Assembly (NCBI GenBank): GCA_015063905.1
Contig: SVTF01000006.1
Location: 5,120 to 69,119 of the forward strand
Direction of reading: 5' to 3'
DNA from: Oscillospiraceae bacterium
GTDB lineage: Bacteria > Bacillota > Clostridia > Oscillospirales > CAG-272
Length of the DNA stretch: 64,000 bases
In this document: positions 9,493 through 17,136 of the stretch, one piece after another
Layout of the letters: every line of letters starts with the position of its first letter
How positions within the stretch are numbered: the stretch's first letter is position 1
Notes under the pieces: generated by a model
What the model was told of the DNA's origin: nothing
Databases searched by the model: none
What the model saw: only the letters and a program-made list of their open reading frames with translations
Made by a program: the position numbers and the translations under genes

Positions 9493-10488
9493 ATGAAGCA
9501 CTCAAGAAAGAACACGATACCGATATTTTTTGCTGTTGACGACAATTATATTCCACAGCTCGCGGTTGCCCTTCGATCACTTATCGACAATAGCTCCGAG
9601 AAAAATTTTTACGACATAACTATTCTTGTTGATAGGGTTTGCGTCGATAACCAAACGGCAATACTTGATATGCAGGAGGATAACGTTCGCATCTCATTCG
9701 CAAGCGTTACGGATAAGCTTTCAACGATATGCAACGCTCTCCACATTCGCGACTACTACACCAACACTACTTATTATCGCTTTTTCATTCCCGAAATGTT
9801 CCCCGAATATGACAAGGGCATTTATCTTGATTGCGATATCGTTATCACGTGTGACATCGCCAAAATGTACAAATGCTCTTTGGGCTCAAGGCTTGCGGGC
9901 GTTATTAACGACGAGATCATATCTGACATCGAAGTGTTTGCCGACTATTCCGAAATAGTTCTGGGTATTCCAAGACAAGAATATTTTAACGCGGGTATTA
10001 TGCTTATGAACCTGTCCGCGATGAGAGAAATGCATATCGAGCAATGCTTTGCTGAGCTTTTGAGCAGGCGCGCCTACACGGTTGCCCAAGACCAAGATTA
10101 TCTCAATGTTATCTGCCACGGAAGGCTCAAATATTTCAGCAAGACGTGGAACAAGACTCCACTTCCCACCTCGGATCCCCAAAAGATCCCAAACATTATA
10201 CACTACAAGATCAACTTCAAGCCTTGGCGCTACGACGGCATAGCTTATCAACAGTACTTTTGGAAATACGCAAAGCGTACTCCCTATTACCGATATTTTG
10301 CAAACATGAAGGCATCATACACAGACAAAGAAAAGGAGAGAGATATGAAACAGTACACTTCCCTTGAGGACCAGGCAAGGTTTGAGACAGAAAGCGAGCT
10401 TAAGCTCCAAAACGTTATTGACGCGATAGACAAAATATCATTTGATTTCTTTGATTCCTTTGACAGAGAGATCGCGGAGGCTATGTAA
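9493..10488 (+). CDS. Glycosyltransferase family 8
   Basis: IFFAVDDNY, TYYRFFIP, YLDCD (DxD), YFNAGIMLMNL, QDQDYLN, IIHY...KPW; AAGGAG RBS before ATG 9493. Confidence 0.92.
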   Translation: MKHSRKNTIPIFFAVDDNYIPQLAVALRSLIDNSSEKNFYDITILVDRVCVDNQTAILDMQEDNVRISFASVTDKLSTICNALHIRDYYTNTTYYRFFIPEMFPEYDKGIYLDCDIVITCDIAKMYKCSLGSRLAGVINDEIISDIEVFADYSEIVLGIPRQEYFNAGIMLMNLSAMREMHIEQCFAELLSRRAYTVAQDQDYLNVICHGRLKYFSKTWNKTPLPTSDPQKIPNIIHYKINFKPWRYDGIAYQQYFWKYAKRTPYYRYFANMKASYTDKEKERDMKQYTSLEDQARFETESELKLQNVIDAIDKISFDFFDSFDREIAEAM

Positions 10489-11349
10489 ATGTCCGTGTCA
10501 CAATCAAGACTTAAGGTGCTTGAAAAAATAGAAGAACTTGAAAAAGAAGGGCTTTTTGATAGGGACGTTGAGGATGATCCCCCCACGACACCGCTTGTGC
10601 CTGGAACGGTGGATTATACCAACAAAAAGCTTTGGTCAAAAATAGCGGCAAGATTCGCGAGCATACTTGGAGAACATCATTTTGAAGGTATGCTCCGTCG
10701 TGGTGACGTTGTTCTGAAAGAGATAAGAGGCAGAGAAAATCTTGATGCCATAAAAAGCTGCGGAGCTCTTATAACCTGCAACCATTTCAATGCTTTTGAT
10801 AACTATGCGGTCAACAAGGCTATATCTCCCGCGCTCAAAAGCAGATATAATCTCTACAAGATAATTCGCGAGGGCAACTATACATCCTTTGGCGGCTTCT
10901 ACGGATTTTTGTTTCGCCACTGCAACACTCTTCCCCTCTCCTCCAATCTTTCCTGCCTGAAGGAGCTTATGTCTGCAATATCCACTCTTTTGGACAGAGG
11001 CGAAAAAATACTTATCTATCCCGAGCAGGGCATGTGGTACAATTACCGCAAGCCGCGCCCCTTAAAGCTTGGCGCATTTAGATTTGCCGCAAAGAGCCAC
11101 GCTCCTGTACTACCAATCTTTATTACTCTCGAGGATACCGAAGCTCTCGATGCCGACGGCATGCCCGTGCAGGCATATACGGTTCACATTCTGCCCGCAA
11201 TCTTTCCAAATAACAACGCAGGCATAAGGGAAAACAGCGAATATTTGTGCCGCAAAAACTACGAGTTTTGGAAAGCTACTTACGAGAGCTTTTACCAAAA
11301 AAAGTTGGAATATACCACAAACGGAGAAGTCGACCCATGCTCTATCTGA
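10489..11349 (+). CDS. PlsC-like lysophospholipid acyltransferase
   Basis: NHFNAFD (HX4D), IYPE, GAFRFA, PVLPI motifs. Confidence 0.85.
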   Translation: MSVSQSRLKVLEKIEELEKEGLFDRDVEDDPPTTPLVPGTVDYTNKKLWSKIAARFASILGEHHFEGMLRRGDVVLKEIRGRENLDAIKSCGALITCNHFNAFDNYAVNKAISPALKSRYNLYKIIREGNYTSFGGFYGFLFRHCNTLPLSSNLSCLKELMSAISTLLDRGEKILIYPEQGMWYNYRKPRPLKLGAFRFAAKSHAPVLPIFITLEDTEALDADGMPVQAYTVHILPAIFPNNNAGIRENSEYLCRKNYEFWKATYESFYQKKLEYTTNGEVDPCSI

Positions 11350-11927
11350 TAGTTATACTGTCCGCATCGGCTATCATAATTTGCGCCAACACATTACCTT
11401 CGCCGTCCGTTGATGTGCTGATCAAAAATTCCATTGCGGTGGCGATTGGCGTAGTGGCAATTATAGCCATAGACGCGCTATCGGCACTGATCATCCGCCG
11501 TCTGTTTCCCAAACGCTTGTTTTCACCCCAGGTAAAGCTATTTTCGGTGACTAAAAAGGAGCATCTTTTTTACAATAAGTTTGCTATCAAGCATTGGAAA
11601 GACCGCGTGCCACAGCTTGGAATTTTTACGGGATTTGACAAAGGCAAGATCAAAAGCATAAGTGAAACACAATATCTGGAGCGCTTTTTGCTGGAAGCAA
11701 ATTACGGCGTAGCCATTCATTTGGCGAACGGGATTCTGGGATTTTTTATCGCATTTATTCCCGCCTGCTCCGCGCCTTTTGTGTGGATCCCCATTTTTGC
11801 CGTAAATCTCATCCTCAGTCTTATGCCGTTTGCTATTCTGAGATACAACTCCTATACATTATTAAGGTTATACAAGCGCAGTCAAGCATCTCACAGCAAA
11901 AGCATCGAAAAAGTAAAGGATAATTAG
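11337..11927 (+). CDS. Membrane protein, CrtO (glycosyl-4,4'-diaponeurosporenoate acyltransferase)-like
   Basis: IKHWKDRVP, YLERFLLE...IH and LRYN resemble conserved CrtO-family motifs; start MLYLIV overlaps the upstream gene. Confidence 0.55.
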   Translation: MLYLIVILSASAIIICANTLPSPSVDVLIKNSIAVAIGVVAIIAIDALSALIIRRLFPKRLFSPQVKLFSVTKKEHLFYNKFAIKHWKDRVPQLGIFTGFDKGKIKSISETQYLERFLLEANYGVAIHLANGILGFFIAFIPACSAPFVWIPIFAVNLILSLMPFAILRYNSYTLLRLYKRSQASHSKSIEKVKDN

Positions 11928-11930
11928 ATT

Positions 11931-12512
11931 ATGAACAAAGTGTTCTTATTTATCAGAGTAATAACAGTTCCGCACATATTTGCGCTCTTACTCTTAACAC
12001 TGGTATACATTGTACATCCCCAATATTTCGCAAGTATTTGGTTTTTGCTTGCCGGAATACTGTTTTTAACTGTTCTCCCCTTGCTCGCATATCCTTTGCA
12101 AAAGCACATTGCGCGTTACAAGGACCGCGGACGCGAGGGTCAACGGAAGCTTGCCATGATATTTTCATCGTTGGGATACGTTTTGGGCACGGCAGTTGTC
12201 TTTATTTTTGAAACGCCGTTGCAGCTTCGCATGATATTTGTCGAGTACCTGCTTTGCGGAATAGCCATACTTGTATCAGACAAGGTCTTTAAGCTAAAGG
12301 CGAGCGGTCACGCGTGCGGTATCGTTGGTCCCGTCGCTATGCTTATTTATCTCCAAATGTATATTCCCGCCATTGTTGGCGCGCTCCTGATAATACCCGT
12401 TTACGTATCAAGCATAAAGACAAAGCAACACACACCCACTCAGCTTATAATAGGTAGCGCGATCCCAATAATCATGCTCGTGATCGATCATCTGATATTT
12501 CATCTTTTGTAA
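11931..12512 (+). CDS. Integral membrane protein, possibly PAP2-like
   Basis: About 6 TM segments; KASGHACG and HTPTQL resemble PAP2 C2/C3 motifs. Confidence 0.5.
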   Translation: MNKVFLFIRVITVPHIFALLLLTLVYIVHPQYFASIWFLLAGILFLTVLPLLAYPLQKHIARYKDRGREGQRKLAMIFSSLGYVLGTAVVFIFETPLQLRMIFVEYLLCGIAILVSDKVFKLKASGHACGIVGPVAMLIYLQMYIPAIVGALLIIPVYVSSIKTKQHTPTQLIIGSAIPIIMLVIDHLIFHLL

Positions 12513-12513
12513 T

Positions 12514-12550
12514 AAAAAAGCACGGAAGCACAAATGTGCTTCCGTGTTTT
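12514..12550. terminator. Bidirectional terminator
   Basis: CACGGAAGCAC...GTGCTTCCGTG stem flanked by A and T tracts between convergent genes. Confidence 0.75.
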
Positions 12551-12552
12551 AA

Positions 12553-13179
12553 TTATTTTTTGCGTCCGATTATTGACCATAAAGCCACAATGAGCTGGCC
12601 GGGAATACCAAGAAGGTAGATCTGCCACAGATTGAAGCCTCCTACAAGTATGGACAAATGCACCGACAAAAGCACAGACCACATAAGTCCCGACACTATA
12701 AGGTAATTTCTGCGGCGGTTGTGCCAAATTGAGTTGAACACCAGCCAAACTATCATGGAAGCCACTATCGCATAGCCGAAAATCAGAAAATTGGCATTGG
12801 TGCGGTTGAGTGAAGCGTCAAAAATAACAAACAAGAGAGTAGCTATCACCCAAACAAGCAAAACGCTCATTCCTGTCACTACGCGATGCATGCGATGCTT
12901 CTTGGCGTCCCTGGCATATTGGGGAACCTCCGCGTCTGCTAAAGCCTGCTCCGTTTTTGGCTCCGGGTGATCCTCGGTTATAAGATAATCCACTGTGACG
13001 TCAAATATATCCGCAATTTCCTTAAGCACAACGATATCGGGAACGGATTCTCCTCTTTCCCATTTCGACACAGCCTTGTCCGAATAGTTCAGCTTTTCGG
13101 CAAGCTCTATTTGCGTCATACCGCTCCGCTTTCGAAGCATTACGATATTTTTTGATATTATAAGCTTTATATCTTCCAT
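12553..13179 (-). CDS. XRE-family HTH regulator with C-terminal transmembrane domain
   Basis: LRKRSGMTQIELAEKLNYSDKAVSKWERGESVPD HTH, then about 4 hydrophobic helices. Confidence 0.88.
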   Translation of the reverse strand: MEDIKLIISKNIVMLRKRSGMTQIELAEKLNYSDKAVSKWERGESVPDIVVLKEIADIFDVTVDYLITEDHPEPKTEQALADAEVPQYARDAKKHRMHRVVTGMSVLLVWVIATLLFVIFDASLNRTNANFLIFGYAIVASMIVWLVFNSIWHNRRRNYLIVSGLMWSVLLSVHLSILVGGFNLWQIYLLGIPGQLIVALWSIIGRKK

Positions 13180-13197
13180 CTATGTATCTCCATGGCA

Positions 13198-13629
13198 TCA
13201 TTCCGCGCGTTTTCGGGCAAACAAGAATTTTAGCCTAAGCTTTAGAGAAACGAACGGGTGCGCGGCGCATATCATTACACAATATGCGCGATATGACAGT
13301 TTATTCATATCTACCCTTTTATCTTTTCTGTAAAACTCCACAAGTTTCCCAAGTATATCCGCGTCGGTTATGCCGAATTCCTTTTTGATGCAATTATCGC
13401 CTCGTATAACGTACGAATCGGGCAATACCTTTATCACTCGGTGAAGCACGTAGCTATCTCCCCTGCGATAAAGCGCGACGTCGTATTTTTTCAGCCGTTC
13501 TTTTGCTGGCTTTATAACTATAGTATCGCGCCTATCACGAAGCATGGGAACCATGCTGACACCCGACGTTGTACTGACGTAAACGCCTTGCTCACCAAGT
13601 ATTTTTTCTATATTTGCTATGTCACTCAT
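13198..13629 (-). CDS. S24/S26 family peptidase (Ser-His type, no N-terminal membrane anchor)
   Basis: GVSMVPML (catalytic Ser box), VLHRVI (His), RGDN box; ATGA overlap with the PqqD gene. Confidence 0.85.
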   Translation of the reverse strand: MSDIANIEKILGEQGVYVSTTSGVSMVPMLRDRRDTIVIKPAKERLKKYDVALYRRGDSYVLHRVIKVLPDSYVIRGDNCIKKEFGITDADILGKLVEFYRKDKRVDMNKLSYRAYCVMICAAHPFVSLKLRLKFLFARKRAE

Positions 13630-13892
13630 ATCTCGATCAGTCCGTTTTCAAGGAACATGTCTATGCTCTTTTGAACGTCTGTCTCTATCAGTTCGCGCTC
13701 CGCGTTATACTGCTCGAGCATAGCGTCAACGATCTGTTCCTTGGAATACCCTTTACCTATATAGCTCCAGATCTTGGCGGCAGATTCATTCAACTGTACC
13801 ATGCCGCGAAAATCACGGCTTGCCGCGCCAACGGCTATAATTACGTTATTGCCCATTACCTCGCGCAAAACGAATCCTTCTTTGATCTTCAA
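13626..13892 (-). CDS. PqqD family protein / RiPP recognition element (RRE)
   Basis: (M)KIKEGFVLREVMGNNVIIAVG...LNESAAKIW...IVDAMLEQY...DVQKSIDMFLENGLI; TTG start at 13892 with an AAAGGAG RBS. Confidence 0.88.
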   Translation of the reverse strand: MKIKEGFVLREVMGNNVIIAVGAASRDFRGMVQLNESAAKIWSYIGKGYSKEQIVDAMLEQYNAERELIETDVQKSIDMFLENGLIEI

Positions 13893-13917
13893 GATAAACT
13901 CTCCTTTAAGATTTTTA

Positions 13918-15696
13918 TCAGTCAAGCGCCTCAAACTCTTCAAGCGCGGACTTGAAGGACGCCATGCAAGAATCGAACGCATCCATGCATGTAAGGTCAA
14001 CGCCCGCAAGCTTCAAAAGCTCAACGGGGCTATCCGAACCGCCAGAGGACAAGAACTTGAAGTAATCGTCAACTGCAGTCTGACCCTCGTTATATATGCG
14101 CTCCGCGATAGAAACTGCGGAAATAATACCCGTTGCATACTTATAAACGTAGAACGCGCGATAGAAGTGAGGAATTCTTGCCCACTCGTAAGCGATCTCG
14201 TCGTCGGAAACCACGCTTCTGCCGTAGTATTTCTTGTTAAGATCGTGATAGGCCTTGCAAAGTGCTTCCTTGGTGAGAGGCTGTCCCTTTTCACACATGT
14301 CGTGTGCGATGTATTCAAACTCTGCAAACTGAGTCTGGCGGAACAGAGTACCCTTGAGCATATCCATATAATAGGAAAGCAGATACTTCTTGAGCTTTTC
14401 GTCCTCGGTGGTCTTCATAAGATGCTTTAGCAAAAGCACTTCGTTGACCGTACTTGCGACCTCTGCAACAAAGATCTTATAGTCTGCCTTCTCCTGGGGC
14501 TGATTTCTCTCGGAGAAGTAGGAGTGCATAGCGTGACCAAGCTCGTGAGCCAAGGTGAACACGTCGCCCGTGGTCTTCTGATAGTTGAGCAGTACGTAGG
14601 GGTGCTTGAGGCCGTAAACGGAGTTAGAATACGCTCCGCTTCTCTTGCCCGCGGTCTCCTCAACGTCGATCCAGCCGTTATCGTGAGCCTCCTGGAGCAA
14701 CTCCTGGTATCTTTCGCCGAGGGGCGAAAGTCCCTCTTTTACAAGCTTGAATGCGTCCTCATAGTCCAGCTTAAGCTCCGCATCTTCAACGGGAGATACG
14801 TAAACGTCATACATGTGCATGGACTTGAGTCCCATGAGCTTTTTCTTATCTCTGTAATAGCGATGAAGAAGCGGGAGTCCTTTCTTTACACTGCGGAGAA
14901 GATTCTTATATACCTTTACGTCAACGTCCTCGCGAGCCATGCTCATCTCAAGCGCAGAGCCGTATTTTCTCGTACGAGCAAGGAACACGTCCTTTTCAAC
15001 GTTACCCGAATAAGCCGCGGTTATGGTGTTGATAAGACCGATATACGCCTTATAGTACGCGCGGAACGCCTCGCGTCTTACCTTGCGGTCGGGATGGTGG
15101 AGCAATACTCCGTACATACCGTGAGTTACCTGAACCTTCTCGCCGTCCACCTTGATGGTGGGATAGGGGAAGTCTGCGTTGTCGATCATGCCGAATATCT
15201 TCTGGAAACCGCCGAAAATGGTTCCTTCCTGTGAAAGCATAGCCTCGATCTCCTTGGAGAGAACGTGTGGCTTGCTCTTGATGGTCTGGCGGATGGTGTA
15301 ATCGTAGTCGGCAAATCTCTCATCCTTCATAAGTGACTCAAGATACTCTGTAGGAAGTGCGGTAAGCTCAGGATTTACAAAGGATACCGCGCCCGCAAAC
15401 TGCATCCAGATAAGCTCAACGCGGGAATCAAGCGCCATAGCGTCACCGTTTCTCGTATCCTCGTCGTGCCACATAGACGCATAGACTGCCAGATGGCTGA
15501 GCTTATAAGAAACCTTGTTTATCGCTTCAAGACATTCAAGAAGCGTGTCGGGATCTGAAAGCTTGCCCTCGTACTTTGAAAAGTCAAGCATGCCTTCAAG
15601 CTCCTCATATGTTTTATTCCATTCGTCAACTGTCTCAAAAATGTCCGAGAGTCTCCATTTGAGATTTTCGGGAACGTCACATCTGTTTTTTGCCAT
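13918..15696 (-). CDS. pepF: Oligoendopeptidase F (M3B)
   Basis: WRLSDIF, KRSGAYS, TLAHELGHAMH (HExxH), FVAEVAS, WARIPHFY, FYVYKYATG. Confidence 0.95.
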   Translation of the reverse strand: MAKNRCDVPENLKWRLSDIFETVDEWNKTYEELEGMLDFSKYEGKLSDPDTLLECLEAINKVSYKLSHLAVYASMWHDEDTRNGDAMALDSRVELIWMQFAGAVSFVNPELTALPTEYLESLMKDERFADYDYTIRQTIKSKPHVLSKEIEAMLSQEGTIFGGFQKIFGMIDNADFPYPTIKVDGEKVQVTHGMYGVLLHHPDRKVRREAFRAYYKAYIGLINTITAAYSGNVEKDVFLARTRKYGSALEMSMAREDVDVKVYKNLLRSVKKGLPLLHRYYRDKKKLMGLKSMHMYDVYVSPVEDAELKLDYEDAFKLVKEGLSPLGERYQELLQEAHDNGWIDVEETAGKRSGAYSNSVYGLKHPYVLLNYQKTTGDVFTLAHELGHAMHSYFSERNQPQEKADYKIFVAEVASTVNEVLLLKHLMKTTEDEKLKKYLLSYYMDMLKGTLFRQTQFAEFEYIAHDMCEKGQPLTKEALCKAYHDLNKKYYGRSVVSDDEIAYEWARIPHFYRAFYVYKYATGIISAVSIAERIYNEGQTAVDDYFKFLSSGGSDSPVELLKLAGVDLTCMDAFDSCMASFKSALEEFEALD

Positions 15697-15749
15697 TTTT
15701 TATGTCCTCCGTTATTGATTTCTATCCATATATTAAACATATATAGCTA

Positions 15750-15778
15750 ATTATAACATTTTCGCCCGCTTTTTGCAA
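15750..15778 (-). promoter_or_regulatory. Sigma-A promoter of the pepF-pqqD-S26-XRE operon
   Basis: TTGCAA-N17-TATAAT with extended TG on the minus strand. Confidence 0.65.
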
Positions 15779-15838
15779 TAGAAAACGCCCAAATTTCCAA
15801 AAAATCAAATGACATAAGGGTTTTTGGCACCAAAACTA

Positions 15839-15867
15839 TTGACGAATCAGCCCTTATCTGCTATAAT
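15839..15867 (+). promoter_or_regulatory. Sigma-A promoter of asnA
   Basis: TTGACG-N17-TATAAT with extended TG. Confidence 0.7.
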
Positions 15868-15904
15868 TTATCTATTGAATTACAATTGACGTGCGGAGGC
15901 AAAC

Positions 15905-16915
15905 ATGAAAAAGCAGAGCTATATTCCCGCAGGCTACAAGCCCCCACTTGACGCGTACGACACTCAGCGCGCCATAGCCTTTATTAAAAACACCTTTCAG
16001 GACGAGTTTTCAAAGGTGCTTAATCTTAAAAGAGTATCCGCTCCCCTGTTTGTAAGCGAGCAGAGCGGTCTTAACGATAACCTGAGCGGAGTCGAGCGCC
16101 CCGTTTCCTTTGACGTGCCCGCGATCGGTCTTGACGCGCAGGTCGTTCATTCCTTGGCAAAATGGAAGCGCCTTGCTCTCAAACGCTACGGATTCAGCAT
16201 TGGAAACGGTCTTTATACCGATATGAACGCGATACGCCGTGACGAAGAGCTTGATAACGTCCACTCGATATACGTTGACCAATGGGACTGGGAAAAGGTC
16301 ATTACCGAGGACAACAGGAACCTCGACTACCTTATGCTCATAGTTCGTTCCATAGTCAAAGCCATATGCAACACCTGCGATCTGCTCCACGTGCGCTATC
16401 CTCAGCTCAAGACCAAGCTTTGTCCCGACGTTGCTTTTATTACCACGCAGGAGCTTGAGGATATGTATCCCACGCTAACCCCCTCCGAGCGTGAAAATGA
16501 GTTCCTGCGCCAAAATAAGACTGCGTTTATTATGCAGATCGGCGGAGTGCTCCGTTCGGGCAAGCCGCATGACAGCCGCGCTCCCGACTATGACGATTGG
16601 CAGCTAAACGGCGATATTTTCTTTTGGGATGACGTGCTTTCGCGCGCGCTTGAGATATCTTCGATGGGAATACGCGTTGACGCCAAATCTCTCGACCGTC
16701 AGTTAACGATCTCGTGCTGCGATGACCGCCGCGCGCTTCCCTTCCATCAGATGCTGCTCCATGACGAGCTGCCCCTGACCATCGGCGGAGGTATCGGACA
16801 GAGTCGCCTCTGTATGCTTATGATGGGCTGCGCACACATAGGCGAGGTTCAATCCAGCCTTTGGGATGCGGAAACGGTACGCGTTTGCGAGCAAAACAAC
16901 GTTCCACTGCTTTGA
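15905..16915 (+). CDS. asnA: Aspartate-ammonia ligase
   Basis: VVHSLAKWKR, HSIYVDQWDWE, HDSRAPDYDDW, TIGGGIGQSRL. Confidence 0.96.
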   Translation: MKKQSYIPAGYKPPLDAYDTQRAIAFIKNTFQDEFSKVLNLKRVSAPLFVSEQSGLNDNLSGVERPVSFDVPAIGLDAQVVHSLAKWKRLALKRYGFSIGNGLYTDMNAIRRDEELDNVHSIYVDQWDWEKVITEDNRNLDYLMLIVRSIVKAICNTCDLLHVRYPQLKTKLCPDVAFITTQELEDMYPTLTPSERENEFLRQNKTAFIMQIGGVLRSGKPHDSRAPDYDDWQLNGDIFFWDDVLSRALEISSMGIRVDAKSLDRQLTISCCDDRRALPFHQMLLHDELPLTIGGGIGQSRLCMLMMGCAHIGEVQSSLWDAETVRVCEQNNVPLL

Positions 16916-16935
16916 TAAGATAATCATTAAAAAAC

Positions 16936-16965
16936 ACTCCCGAGTACCTTTCGGCACTCGGGAGT
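16936..16965. terminator. Bidirectional terminator between asnA and peptide 1
   Basis: ACTCCCGAGT...ACTCGGGAGT inverted repeat with an A tract on the left. Confidence 0.7.
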
Positions 16966-16978
16966 ATTCTATTGTCGG

Positions 16979-17104
16979 TCAAGCACCAACTATAGGTCCT
17001 TCCCACGAGATCGTATCCTCGCTAAACGTAATTATATCGTTTTCAACGATGGTAACGATAATCTCGGGAGCTATATATTCCTTTTTTACATTATCATTTT
17101 TCAT
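16979..17104 (-). CDS. 41-aa RiPP-like precursor peptide 1 (MKNDNVKKEYIAPEIIVTIVENDIITFSEDTISWEGPIVGA)
   Basis: AAGGAG RBS 9 nt before ATG 17104; YxxP...T-x-S leader; paralog at 23222-23347 has only synonymous changes over the last 29 codons. Confidence 0.85.
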   Translation of the reverse strand: MKNDNVKKEYIAPEIIVTIVENDIITFSEDTISWEGPIVGA

Positions 17105-17136
17105 AATACTTTTCTCCTTGTATACCGTGTACCACA

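Noticed and set aside
15905-16915. asnA as the missing lasso cyclase
   Set aside because: Lasso cyclases are AsnB-like. This is a canonical AsnA (class II aaRS-related fold) on the opposite strand with its own promoter and terminator.
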